Part shown: in pieces, positions 1 through 9,649 of the stretch
How the letters are laid out: each line of letters starts with the position of its first letter
Position numbering within the stretch: the first letter of the stretch is position 1
Assembly (NCBI GenBank): GCA_964537815.1
Contig: CAZIDJ010000002.1
Coordinates: 996-64,995, forward strand
Source of the DNA: an uncultured Candidatus Saccharibacteria bacterium
GTDB taxonomy: Bacteria; Patescibacteriota; Saccharimonadia; Saccharimonadales; Saccharimonadaceae
Reading direction: 5' to 3'
Length of the DNA stretch: 64,000 nt
Position numbers and translations under genes: made by a program
The notes under the pieces: generated by a model
What the model saw: the letters and a program-made list of their open reading frames with translations, nothing else
Told to the model about the DNA's origin: nothing
Databases searched by the model: none

Positions 1-3
1 ACA

Positions 4-498
4 GTGGCGAAAGAAGCTCAGGTCGTAAAGACGAGTACATCAACTACTGGGTCAAAACCAGTGGAAAAATCTGCAACTATCGACAGAAAAACAGTTAATA
101 AGTGGCTAGCAGGGACTGCGCTTGCTGCAGCTGTAGTGGGGTTGATTGTAGGCGCAGTTGTAGGCAGTATTCGGGCAGATCACGGTCGCTTCGGTGGTCC
201 TGATTTTGATAACGATAGGTCTGGACGAAGTGGCAGAATGTTGCGTGGCGACGATACTCCGCGCGGCGGTATGATGCGTGGTACTGTCGATGCATCAACG
301 ATGGTGCACGGAACGGTTACCGAAGTGGGTGATACTACAATGCAGGTAGCTGGCAATGGAACGGTGAAGACGGTGACACTAAACGACAAAACTACCTATG
401 GTACCAAAAAGCCAGCCGTGAATGACAGCGTGATGGTGCGTGGCACAACCAGCAGCGACACCTTTACAGCTACGAGTGTGCAAGTGGTGAATCGCTAG
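4..498 (+). CDS. hypothetical membrane-anchored protein with a beta-rich DUF5666-like C-terminal domain. The start is uncertain (GTG at the window edge), so it may be 5' truncated.
   Basis: 164-aa ORF with one hydrophobic helix (LAGTALAAAVVGLIVGAVVG), a Gly/Arg-rich linker, and a GTVTEV...VMVRG...ATSVQVV pattern. Confidence 0.5.
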   Translation: MAKEAQVVKTSTSTTGSKPVEKSATIDRKTVNKWLAGTALAAAVVGLIVGAVVGSIRADHGRFGGPDFDNDRSGRSGRMLRGDDTPRGGMMRGTVDASTMVHGTVTEVGDTTMQVAGNGTVKTVTLNDKTTYGTKKPAVNDSVMVRGTTSSDTFTATSVQVVNR

Positions 499-522
499 CT
501 GTATACTTAATTCGCTCAAAAA

Positions 523-639
523 CAAACTGCTCCAACTCCTTGCGACAGACCGTTACACGCCCGTTTGTTCTTTGCTGCTGGCAGGAACAAACGGGGTTGC
601 ACTTCGTTTTAGTCTGTCTTAAGAAGCTGGAGCAGTTTG
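523..639 (+). other. 117-nt nested inverted-repeat element (three coaxial helices) in the spacer upstream of serS
   Basis: CAAACTGCTCCA 523-534 pairs with TGGAGCAGTTTG 628-639. GACAGAC 544-550 pairs with GTCTGTC 612-618. CCCGTTTGTTC 560-570 pairs with GAACAAACGGG 585-595. Confidence 0.45.
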
Positions 640-688
640 ATTTCTCAACTAGCTTGGGTGCACGCCCTACATCTGTTACAATAACACC

Positions 689-1933
689 ATGTTAGATATA
701 CGATACATCCGAGAAAACCCCGACAACGTTCAGGCTGCGGCTACTGCAAAAGGCTACTCGGTGAGTGTATCGGAACTTTTAAAATTAGATGATGATCGGC
801 GTGAGCTACAGCAAAAAGTAGATAGCTTGCGCGAAAAGCGCAATGCCGTTGCCGCACAGATGAAGGGCGGCAAGCCCACTCCAGAGCTTGTCGAGCAAGG
901 AAAGGCGCTTAAGGACGAGCTGGGCGGGTTGGAAGCGCAATTTAATGAGCTTGATGCCACATATCAATCTGCGCTTAATGCCATTCCAAACATTACTATG
1001 AGTGATGTGCCGCCGGGTGGTGAAGAAGATTCGGTGGAAATTAAAAAAGTAGGTGAACAAAAAACTGGTGCAATTGATCACTTAGATTTTGCCCTCAAGC
1101 GTGATTGGGTAGACTTTGAGCGCGGTGCTAAGGTTGCTGGTGCAAAGTTTTACTTTTTGAAAAATGAGCTAGCGCTGCTAGAGCAGGCGATGATCCAGTA
1201 TGGTATTAATTTTATTCGCGAAAAAGGATTTAACCTCCTGACTGTGCCACATATGGTGAATACAAAAATTGCCGAAGGTGCAGGGTTTGCGCCAAAAGGC
1301 GATGCGAGCGGGAATGAGTACTTTGTTGAAGACACCGACCTTACGATGATTGGTACCGCTGAAGCGCCACTGACAGGTTATCATGCTGATGAAATTTTGG
1401 ATGAACAAGATTTGCCGCTACTGTATGCGGGATTGAGTCCATGCTATCGACGTGAAGCAGGGACGTATGGCAAGCATACGCGTGGGCTGTTCAGGGTGCA
1501 TCAGTTCAACAAGCTTGAAATGTATGCCTTTACGCTGCCCGAACAATCAGCTGAAATGCATGAAAAAATTTTGGCTATCGAAGAGGAATTGTGGCAAAGC
1601 ATTGGCATTAGCTACCATGTCATTAATATTGCAGCAGGTGATTTGGGCGCACCAGCTGCCAAAAAGTATGACATTGAATATTGGTCACCAGTCGATGAAA
1701 AATACCGCGAACTTACTAGCTGCAGCAACTGTACTGATTACCAGGCACGTAACCTCAATATTCGTGTTCGTCGCAAAGACGGTACTGTTGAAACCGTACA
1801 CACTCTAAATGGTACGGCAATATCGCTGGCGCGCGGGCTTATTACAGTACTTGAAAACTTCCAAAATGAAGATGGCACGCTGACTGTGCCAGAAGTTTTA
1901 CGTCCATATATGGGTGGCCGAGAAATCATTTAG
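689..1933 (+). CDS. serS: seryl-tRNA synthetase
   Basis: N-terminal coiled-coil arm followed by class II core motifs (FRVHQFNKLE, TLNGTAISLARGLITVLEN); 414 aa. Confidence 0.95.
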   Translation: MLDIRYIRENPDNVQAAATAKGYSVSVSELLKLDDDRRELQQKVDSLREKRNAVAAQMKGGKPTPELVEQGKALKDELGGLEAQFNELDATYQSALNAIPNITMSDVPPGGEEDSVEIKKVGEQKTGAIDHLDFALKRDWVDFERGAKVAGAKFYFLKNELALLEQAMIQYGINFIREKGFNLLTVPHMVNTKIAEGAGFAPKGDASGNEYFVEDTDLTMIGTAEAPLTGYHADEILDEQDLPLLYAGLSPCYRREAGTYGKHTRGLFRVHQFNKLEMYAFTLPEQSAEMHEKILAIEEELWQSIGISYHVINIAAGDLGAPAAKKYDIEYWSPVDEKYRELTSCSNCTDYQARNLNIRVRRKDGTVETVHTLNGTAISLARGLITVLENFQNEDGTLTVPEVLRPYMGGREII

Positions 1934-1982
1934 GATAAGTGCTATACTAGAAGTACCATACCTAACCTAAAAGGAGGGGTAC

Positions 1983-2357
1983 ATGATCCAATCAGTTATT
2001 GTAAATGGTGTAAAATACAGCGTCGACGAACAGACGAGAAAGTACATCGAAAAGAAGATTGGGCGTCTTGATAGATTCTTGCCGCGCCACGCACGGAAAA
2101 GTGCAACAGCAGAAGTAAAACTGCGCGAAGTGAATCGTGACAACGGCAACAAATACGAGGCTGAAGTTATTTTAACAGTGCCCGACAAAAAGCTCACCGC
2201 AAAAGATTCTACCATGAATGTACTAGCGGCAATAGATATTGTTGAGGCGAAGCTCGTTAGTCAGCTACGAAAATATAAAGATACACGTGTAGCGCACTTG
2301 GGACGCACCCGTAGTATTCTAAGCAAGTTCAAGCGCAGCTACGCTCGCGAGCAGTAG
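1983..2357 (+). CDS. hpf: ribosome hibernation promoting factor / RaiA family (S30AE)
   Basis: Strong SD (AAAGGAGGGG) and a YIEKKIGRLDRF...AEVIL...DIVEAKL pattern typical of HPF. Confidence 0.85.
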   Translation: MIQSVIVNGVKYSVDEQTRKYIEKKIGRLDRFLPRHARKSATAEVKLREVNRDNGNKYEAEVILTVPDKKLTAKDSTMNVLAAIDIVEAKLVSQLRKYKDTRVAHLGRTRSILSKFKRSYAREQ

Positions 2358-2469
2358 TACCCTGTATTTCATCTGAGGCTTTTAAACAGTGTTATTCAAT
2401 AGACATCCCTCTTTTTTATTGGGTAAAAACAGCGTATAATGGATCGTAGTTTTACAGATATCGGCCAAG

Positions 2470-5112
2470 ATGAGGGAGTATACAGACGTGGCAATGAATA
2501 AGCAAAAAGTATTAACAAAAGTATTTGGTGACCCGCAAAAGAAAATTCTGCGGGGGCTCGAAAAACGTGTCGGCGCTATCAATGCACTCGAGGCGAAATA
2601 CAAAAAAATGACCAAAGCCGAACTAAAAGCTCAGACTGAGGTGCTAAAAAAGCGGCTTGCCAAAAAGGGTACCAAGCTTGATGACATTTTGCCGGATGCC
2701 TTTGCTGTAGTGCGTGAAGCGAGCGACCGAGTGCTTGGTATGCGTCATTTTGATGTCCAGCTGATTGGTGGTATGGCCCTGCATGATGGTAACGTGGCAG
2801 AAATGAAAACCGGTGAAGGTAAGACGCTGGTGGCAACTGCGCCGGTGTACCTTAATGCGCTTTCTGGCAAGGGTGTGCATGTTGTAACCGTGAATGACTA
2901 CCTCGCACAGCGCGACGCCGGGTGGAACGGTGAACTCTACCACTTTTTGGGGATGAGCACTGGGGTCATTATCAACGAAGCGAGTTATTTGTATGACCCT
3001 AACTACGATAACGAGAATCACGACGACGAACGAATGCGTAAGCTCCGTCCGTGTACGCGCAAGGAAGCGTACGCAGCTGATATAACCTACGGAACCAACA
3101 ACGAATTTGGCTTTGACTATCTACGCGATAACATGGTTGATGACGAAGAACTGCTTCGCCAGCGTGAACTGAATTTTGCCATCGTCGACGAGGTAGATTC
3201 GATTCTGATTGACGAGGCGCGGACACCGCTGATCATTAGTGCCCCGGCTGCTGAAAACCCAGATAGTTACTACCAGTTTGCTAAGGTAGCTGCCAAATTA
3301 GTCCCAGAGGATTATACGCTTGACGAGAAGCGTCGTAGTGTAGCGCTCACCGATGAAGGTGTTGACCGTGTAGAAAAAATGTTGGGCATAAAAAATTTGT
3401 ATACACCCGACAACGTGCGAACTGTCTACCACATGGATCAAGCGCTGCGTGCACAAACGCTATTTAAGCGCGATAAAGACTACGTAGTCACTCGCGAAGG
3501 CGAAGTGATAATCGTTGACGAACACACTGGCCGTTTGATGCAAGGTCGTCGCTACAACGAAGGCTTGCACCAGGCGATTGAAGCCAAGGAGCAGGTTCCC
3601 GTGCTGCAAGAAAGTATGACACTTGCAACGGTTTCATTCCAGAACTACTTTAGGCTCTACAGCAAGCTGAGTGGTATGACTGGTACAGCATTTACTGAGG
3701 CTGAAGAGTTCCAGCAAATCTACAGTCTTGATGTGATTCAAATTCCATCTAACCGGCCGACGGCGCGTATTGACAAACAAGACCTGATTTTCAAAACCGA
3801 AAAGGGCAAGCTAAAAGCTGTGGCTGAGGTGATAAAAGAGCATCACAAAGCCGGACGCCCAGTGCTAGTGGGAAGCGCAAGTATCGCTAAGAACGAACTT
3901 ATTGCAAGCTGGCTTGATAAAGAAAATGTGAAGTACGAGATTCTAAATGCTAAGAACAACGAACGTGAAGCCGCAATTATTGCCAAAGCTGGTGAAAAAG
4001 GCGCGATTACGCTCGCAACCAACATGGCGGGGCGTGGTACCGATATCAAACTTGGCAAAGGTGTCAAAGAGCTTGGTGGCTTGGTAGTGATTGGAAGTGA
4101 ACGTCACGAGTCGCGACGGATAGACAATCAGCTACGTGGACGTTCTGGACGACAGGGTGACCCTGGTGAAACGCAGTTCTTTGTGAGTACCGAAGACGAT
4201 TTGATGCGTATTTTCCAGGGCGAACGCATTGCCGCACTCATGGATCGTTTGGGTGTCGATGAAGACACGCCAATCCAAAACAAAGCGGTAAGCAAAACAC
4301 TCGAAGCTGCGCAAAAGCGGGTAGAAGGCTACAACTTTGACACGCGTAAAAATGTTGTTCAGTACGACAACGTGATTAATCGTCACCGTAAAGTTGTATA
4401 CGCCATGCGCCGTAGAATTTTGGAAGGTAAAGACATCCAGCCAGAGATTGAACGCTTGATGAAGGAAAAGGTGCAAGATCTTACCCCTGTTCCATCTAAA
4501 AATAACCCGAAGTTTAACGACGAGTTCACGAGCGTTTTCCCACTGACAGACAAACAGCTTGAGCCAATCGGAAGCGAACGAAAAGATAAAACTCGCACCG
4601 AAAAAGCAGAGAAAGCCGTGGCTAAGCTGTACGCCGAAAAGGAGAAAGAAATTGGCGCAGACATACTACGGAAAGTTGAACGCGATGTGTACATTCAGGT
4701 ACTCGACACCCTGTGGATGCAACACCTTGAAAACATGCAACACCTCCGTGATGGTATTCACTGGCGTAGTGTTGGCCAGCGTGACCCACTCGTTGAATAC
4801 CGTCAGGAATCACAAAAGCTGTTTGATGGGTTGCAGGCGACACTACGGGATGAAGTGCTGCGGACTATCATGCATGTTCACAAACATGATGTATTGGCAA
4901 AAGACGAAGAGCAGCATGAAACTGAACTGACACGGCTTGCAGAACGGGCGGTTGAAGCCGGGGTTAACGAAGTTGGAAGCGGTGAAACAAACCGTGATGA
5001 TGACTTTAAAGTGAAGAAGGGCGCCAGCGTAGCCGATCACAATAAAGTGCGCAACGATGCACGCAAGAAAAAGAAAAGCCAGCGCCAAAATCGCAAAAAA
5101 GGTCGCCGATAA
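2470..5112 (+). CDS. secA: preprotein translocase ATPase SecA (alternative start at ATG 2494)
   Basis: MKTGEGKTLVATAPVYLNAL Walker A, DEVDSILIDEARTPLIIS, TNMAGRGTDIKLG; basic C-terminal tail without a Cys zinc finger. Confidence 0.95.
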   Translation: MREYTDVAMNKQKVLTKVFGDPQKKILRGLEKRVGAINALEAKYKKMTKAELKAQTEVLKKRLAKKGTKLDDILPDAFAVVREASDRVLGMRHFDVQLIGGMALHDGNVAEMKTGEGKTLVATAPVYLNALSGKGVHVVTVNDYLAQRDAGWNGELYHFLGMSTGVIINEASYLYDPNYDNENHDDERMRKLRPCTRKEAYAADITYGTNNEFGFDYLRDNMVDDEELLRQRELNFAIVDEVDSILIDEARTPLIISAPAAENPDSYYQFAKVAAKLVPEDYTLDEKRRSVALTDEGVDRVEKMLGIKNLYTPDNVRTVYHMDQALRAQTLFKRDKDYVVTREGEVIIVDEHTGRLMQGRRYNEGLHQAIEAKEQVPVLQESMTLATVSFQNYFRLYSKLSGMTGTAFTEAEEFQQIYSLDVIQIPSNRPTARIDKQDLIFKTEKGKLKAVAEVIKEHHKAGRPVLVGSASIAKNELIASWLDKENVKYEILNAKNNEREAAIIAKAGEKGAITLATNMAGRGTDIKLGKGVKELGGLVVIGSERHESRRIDNQLRGRSGRQGDPGETQFFVSTEDDLMRIFQGERIAALMDRLGVDEDTPIQNKAVSKTLEAAQKRVEGYNFDTRKNVVQYDNVINRHRKVVYAMRRRILEGKDIQPEIERLMKEKVQDLTPVPSKNNPKFNDEFTSVFPLTDKQLEPIGSERKDKTRTEKAEKAVAKLYAEKEKEIGADILRKVERDVYIQVLDTLWMQHLENMQHLRDGIHWRSVGQRDPLVEYRQESQKLFDGLQATLRDEVLRTIMHVHKHDVLAKDEEQHETELTRLAERAVEAGVNEVGSGETNRDDDFKVKKGASVADHNKVRNDARKKKKSQRQNRKKGRR

Positions 5113-6399
5113 ATGAAGCATACTGTCGAAGAAGTTCGCCTGAAAAATGGTGCTCGTGGACTACTCATCGATGTTCCTGGTGCAACGGTAATGAGCTTTC
5201 AGTTTCAGTTTCGTGCTGGCAATCGCTACGTAAAGCACAAAGAAATTTACGAAACTGCGCACATTATGGAGCATATGGCATTTGGTGCTAACGCAAAATT
5301 TAAAAGTGAACACGAATACGAAGCCGAATTTACAAAAAATGGCGCCTACCACAATGCCTACACCAGCGATCTCAGCATGGTGTACATTGCTGATTGTGCC
5401 GATTTTGAATGGGAACGGATCTTGGCTCTACAAGAGGTAGCGATTTGTCAGCCGCGTTTTAACGAAGCAGAGCTTGAGGCAGAAAAGGGCAACGTAAAGA
5501 GCGAGCTGACTGGCTATTTAAATAATCACAACCGTGTGTTGTGGCCAAAGATTCAGCAACTACTGGGCGAAGATGTGTATACATTTTGGCAGCGCCTACA
5601 GACCATTCACAACGTTACCCTTGCTGATATAAAAGAGCACTACAAGCGTACGCATACGGCTGAAAACATGCGGTTTGTTATTGCCGGTAAGTTGCATGGC
5701 CGCAAAAGTGAGATTGTGCGCCAGCTCGAAGGCTGGCAACTGAATAGCGGCGAGCGATTTAGTGTGCCGCGTGATGAACTAAAAAGTGGCAACCCAACAT
5801 TGATTCGCCGTAAGGAAGCTAGCAATCTAACATTTGGTTTGAGCCTGGTTGTCCCGCGTGAACTGAGTGACGAAGAAAGCGACGCTATGAGTGCACTCGA
5901 TCATATTTTGACAGGAACAATGCATTCGCGTATTTATGGTTCAGCGCGTGCGAAAGGTTTGGCGTACGGTGTTTTTAGCGATACGAGCGCTGGATTCCAT
6001 GATTCATCGTGGGATTTTGGTGGCGAAGTCAACCACGACACAGCAAAACAGCTTTTTGACATTATTACTCGAGAAATCAAAAGCGTACTGGATGGCAAAA
6101 TTACTGAAGCTGAGCTAGAAGCTGCCAAGAGCTACGCACTGGGCCGACACCAAATGGGCGCACAAACCGTTTCGCAAATTAGCAATTTTTATACCAATCG
6201 TTATTTTGCAGATGGCGTGGTGAAAGATTACGAGAAAGTGCCTGAAGCCATACGAGCGATTAGTCGCGACTTAATGGTAGCAACTGCGAGCAGCTTTGTG
6301 GCGCACAATACGTGGGCGTTTGCAGGTGTGAGTAGCCAAGAAAAGCACGAAATCACTGAGCTTGGCGAAAAGCTCGATACGTTATTCCAAACAACATAG
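5113..6399 (+). CDS. M16 family (pitrilysin/insulinase-like) zinc peptidase
   Basis: Inverted zinc motif HxxEH (AHIMEHMAF); 428 aa with the two-domain M16 layout. Confidence 0.85.
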   Translation: MKHTVEEVRLKNGARGLLIDVPGATVMSFQFQFRAGNRYVKHKEIYETAHIMEHMAFGANAKFKSEHEYEAEFTKNGAYHNAYTSDLSMVYIADCADFEWERILALQEVAICQPRFNEAELEAEKGNVKSELTGYLNNHNRVLWPKIQQLLGEDVYTFWQRLQTIHNVTLADIKEHYKRTHTAENMRFVIAGKLHGRKSEIVRQLEGWQLNSGERFSVPRDELKSGNPTLIRRKEASNLTFGLSLVVPRELSDEESDAMSALDHILTGTMHSRIYGSARAKGLAYGVFSDTSAGFHDSSWDFGGEVNHDTAKQLFDIITREIKSVLDGKITEAELEAAKSYALGRHQMGAQTVSQISNFYTNRYFADGVVKDYEKVPEAIRAISRDLMVATASSFVAHNTWAFAGVSSQEKHEITELGEKLDTLFQTT

Positions 6400-6408
6400 G
6401 AGACATGT

Positions 6409-7698
6409 ATGAAAATCGCGATTGCAGGGTATGGCGTAGAAGGACAGGCGAGCTACGAGTTTTGGAACACAGGCGAGCATGATATTTCGATTGCGGATGA
6501 GCGAACAGATGTAGAGACGCCAAACGGGGTGAAAACTATACTTGGTGAAGGTGCATTCGAGCAGTTAGAAAATTTCGATATGGTGGTTCGAACAGCAAGT
6601 TTGCCTCCGAGTTCCATCCGAACCAACGGAAGAATTTGGAGTGCTACCAATGAATTTTTTGCTAAGTGCCCGGCAAAAATAATTGGCGTAACCGGCACAA
6701 AAGGCAAAGGCACGACTTGCTCGATGATAACCTCTATTTTGCAAGCTGCGGGCAAAACTGTTCATTTGGTAGGTAACATCGGCACGCCAGCGTTGGCAAT
6801 ACTACCAACCATCAGACCCGACGATATTGTTGTATACGAAATGAGTAGTTTTCAGCTGTGGGACATCGAAGCTTCACCAACTATCGGTGTGTGTTTGCTC
6901 ATAGAGCCCGACCATATGAATGTGCACGAGAATATGGAAGAATATGTGGGCGCAAAGGCTAATATAGCCAAATTCCAGCATGAGGATGATGCATTCTTTT
7001 TTCACCCAACCAATAGCTACGCGGCGGCAATTGCACTGCAAACAACTGCGCACGTAAATGCACGCTACAACTGCGCCGAAGATAGGCCGAGTGTGTACTA
7101 CGATGCGCATGATTTTTGCTACAAGGGCGATGCAATTTGCTCGCTCGATGCACTGCAACTACGTGGCGACCACAACAAAGAAAACGCCTGTGCAGCACTC
7201 TCAGTTGCTAAATATTTAGGCGTTTCAAATCAGGGGATTGAAAAAGGCCTTCGTGATTTTACTGGCTTACCGCATCGACTTGAATTTGTGCGCGGAGTAA
7301 ACGGCGTGGAATATTACAACGATAGCTTTTCCTCAGCGCCTGCAGCTACTATCGCTGCCATTAAATCTTTTAGCGTCCCTGAAATTGTTATTTTAGGGGG
7401 CATAGATAAGGGTGCTGATTTTGCCGAGCTGATTGTTGCTATGCAAAATCAAACCAATATAAAAAACGTCATTCTCATTGGTGAAATAAAGCAAAAACTC
7501 TACGACATGTTTGCAGAGAGCAACGTAAATGTACATATTTCGGATGCGAAATCTATGGCAGAAATTGTTGCAGAGGCTACTACACTGGCTAGTTCAGGTG
7601 ATGTAGTAGTTCTTAGCCCGGCGTGTGCTAGCTTTGATATGTTTAAGAATTTTTACGATCGCGGTGACCAATTTAGAGCAGTTGTTCAATCACTATGA
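6409..7698 (+). CDS. murD: UDP-N-acetylmuramoyl-L-alanine--glutamate ligase (MurD or MurD2-type)
   Basis: Mur ligase P-loop GVTGTKGKGTT, Rossmann-like N-terminus (IAIAGYGVEG), C-terminal Mur ligase domain. Confidence 0.85.
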   Translation: MKIAIAGYGVEGQASYEFWNTGEHDISIADERTDVETPNGVKTILGEGAFEQLENFDMVVRTASLPPSSIRTNGRIWSATNEFFAKCPAKIIGVTGTKGKGTTCSMITSILQAAGKTVHLVGNIGTPALAILPTIRPDDIVVYEMSSFQLWDIEASPTIGVCLLIEPDHMNVHENMEEYVGAKANIAKFQHEDDAFFFHPTNSYAAAIALQTTAHVNARYNCAEDRPSVYYDAHDFCYKGDAICSLDALQLRGDHNKENACAALSVAKYLGVSNQGIEKGLRDFTGLPHRLEFVRGVNGVEYYNDSFSSAPAATIAAIKSFSVPEIVILGGIDKGADFAELIVAMQNQTNIKNVILIGEIKQKLYDMFAESNVNVHISDAKSMAEIVAEATTLASSGDVVVLSPACASFDMFKNFYDRGDQFRAVVQSL

Positions 7699-8951
7699 AT
7701 GAATTAGTTTTTGAAAGCTATGGGTTCGATGGCAAGGTAGCAAGCTTTCGATATCGATACAACAATTTGCATTACACAGAATTTGCAACGTTTGATTCAT
7801 CGGAGCGGTACGACGAAGCCGTGCTGGAACGGGCATTATTTCTCGCGTTTTTGGTGATCGGTACATCGTATTACAAAGCATTCCCAGTAAAAAATGTGCG
7901 ATTTGAGATGGGCAACATCGATGTCTGGCAAGCAAGCTTTTGCAACAAAGTGTATCAGGAAGGGTTAAGCCAATATGCCTTCGAAAACCAACTGACACGT
8001 GACAACTTAGCCCGCTTTTTGCCCGGGCCTAGTGCAGAAGTTCTACAGGCCGTTTCATATGAAGGCAGCGGCATTTTGGCGCTGCAAAGTGGAGGCAAGG
8101 ACTCACTACTGCTTGCATCACTACTCGAAAAAGCCGGTAAGCAATTTGCGCCGTGGTACGTGACAAGCAGCGAGGGTCATCCGGCAGTACTTGATTTGCT
8201 TGCTGAGCCTTTGTTGGTGGCGCGACGACACCTAGACGTAGCTGCACTCAAAGAAGTTACGCGTCTGGGTGGAAAAAACGGCCATATACCAGTGACCTAT
8301 GTCGTACTTTCTCTCGCGCTCATCCAAGCAGTTTTGTTGGGTAAAAATACCGTACTGGCAGCAATCGCACACGAGGGTGAGGAGCCACACGAATGGATCG
8401 GCGATTTGCCTATAAATCACCAGTGGTCAAAAACATGGCAGGCCGAGCAGCTATTTGCGGACTATGTTACGCGCTACATTTCACCTGATATTCTGGTCGG
8501 TTCGCCGCTGCGTAGTATGAGTGAGCTAAAAGTAACTGAACTCTTTGCCGAAAATGCTTGGGAAAAATTTGGCAAAAAATTTAGTTCGTGTAATGAATCA
8601 AACTACAAACAGGGTGTCGATAATACTGAACTTACATGGTGTGGGCGCTGCCCAAAGTGCGCCAATTCGTACTTGTTGTTTGCGCCGTTTATCGCACCCA
8701 ATACGTTACAATCTCGATTGGGCGGCAAGCTGTTTGAAATGCCAGAATTAACAGATACGTTTAAAGGCTTACTTGGTGTTGATAACGTGATGAAGCCATT
8801 TGAATGCGTGGGTGAGATCGACGAATTGCGGGCTGCATACCACCTAGGACAACAAAATGGGTACGAGCCACTGCCGTTCGCCGTGCCGCACTCTACATTT
8901 GACAAGGATGCCCGCTACGACGCTCAGCAGTGGACAAAGAATATTCTATAG
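7695..8951 (+). CDS. PP-loop (SGGxDS) ATP pyrophosphatase-family protein coupled to murD; possible UDP-MurNAc-L-Ala-L-Glu epimerase MurL
   Basis: LALQSGGKDSLLLASLL PP-loop, C-terminal Cys cluster (SSCNES...WCGRCPKCANSY), and a 4-nt ATGA overlap with the murD stop. Confidence 0.5.
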   Translation: MNELVFESYGFDGKVASFRYRYNNLHYTEFATFDSSERYDEAVLERALFLAFLVIGTSYYKAFPVKNVRFEMGNIDVWQASFCNKVYQEGLSQYAFENQLTRDNLARFLPGPSAEVLQAVSYEGSGILALQSGGKDSLLLASLLEKAGKQFAPWYVTSSEGHPAVLDLLAEPLLVARRHLDVAALKEVTRLGGKNGHIPVTYVVLSLALIQAVLLGKNTVLAAIAHEGEEPHEWIGDLPINHQWSKTWQAEQLFADYVTRYISPDILVGSPLRSMSELKVTELFAENAWEKFGKKFSSCNESNYKQGVDNTELTWCGRCPKCANSYLLFAPFIAPNTLQSRLGGKLFEMPELTDTFKGLLGVDNVMKPFECVGEIDELRAAYHLGQQNGYEPLPFAVPHSTFDKDARYDAQQWTKNIL

Positions 8952-9046
8952 CCACCATCCATCAACCCAGATGATAACAGACTTACTATAAGCAAAATAA
9001 TCTCAAAAGTTGAACGGCCGGCACATAATTTGATACAGTATGTAAA

Positions 9047-9574
9047 ATGAATGATAAACGAAAAGGCCTAGCACAGCATGAACGTTTGCGAAAAAAATAT
9101 CGCTCGTCAACGCACTACATTTTGAGTGCGCTCGTGCCGTACACCGAAGCCAATCTCAAGCTATCATTTAAGCCCAATCAGTTTTTTAATGACCTAGAAA
9201 AACTGAGCAATCATCACTACACCAAGGCTGCGCTGCGCAATAGTTATTATCGCGCTGTACGGCGTGGCCTAGTTGAAGTTAGTGGCAACTCTCGGCCCTA
9301 CAGAACTAAAAAAGCCGAGTTGCTGCTGCAGCGATACGAACCGCAACAACTTACTGGCGACGTGTGCGTGATGGTAATTTTTGATATACCAGAATCGGAA
9401 CGATATCTTCGTCAAAAGTTACGTGCTTTGCTGCGTGAGCTAAAGTTCACATTTGTTCAGCAGAGTGTATGGAAAACGAACTACGATGTTTCACAGTACC
9501 TGAAAGAATATTTGCAAGAAGAGGGCGTAGATAAGGACTGGGTACAAGTGTATGAATCGGTCAGAATTTCGTAA
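9047..9574 (+). CDS. PaaX-like / Cas2-fold domain protein (a family common in CPR)
   Basis: C-terminal VMVIFDIPESERYLRQKLRALLRELKFTFVQQSVWKT resembles the ferredoxin-like Cas2/PaaX_C module. Confidence 0.5.
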   Translation: MNDKRKGLAQHERLRKKYRSSTHYILSALVPYTEANLKLSFKPNQFFNDLEKLSNHHYTKAALRNSYYRAVRRGLVEVSGNSRPYRTKKAELLLQRYEPQQLTGDVCVMVIFDIPESERYLRQKLRALLRELKFTFVQQSVWKTNYDVSQYLKEYLQEEGVDKDWVQVYESVRIS

Positions 9575-9649
9575 ATTGTATCAAAAAGTGTTCCGGCCGT
9601 TTAAAAAATGAGACAGGATGCATGAAAACCAGTGGTATAATTTAAAGAT

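Noticed and set aside
500-688. T-box leader upstream of serS
   Set aside because: There is no conserved T-box sequence (AANNNGGGTGGNACCGCG-like), no specifier-loop/GA-motif layout, and no terminator/antiterminator alternative. The -10 for serS lies downstream of the structure.
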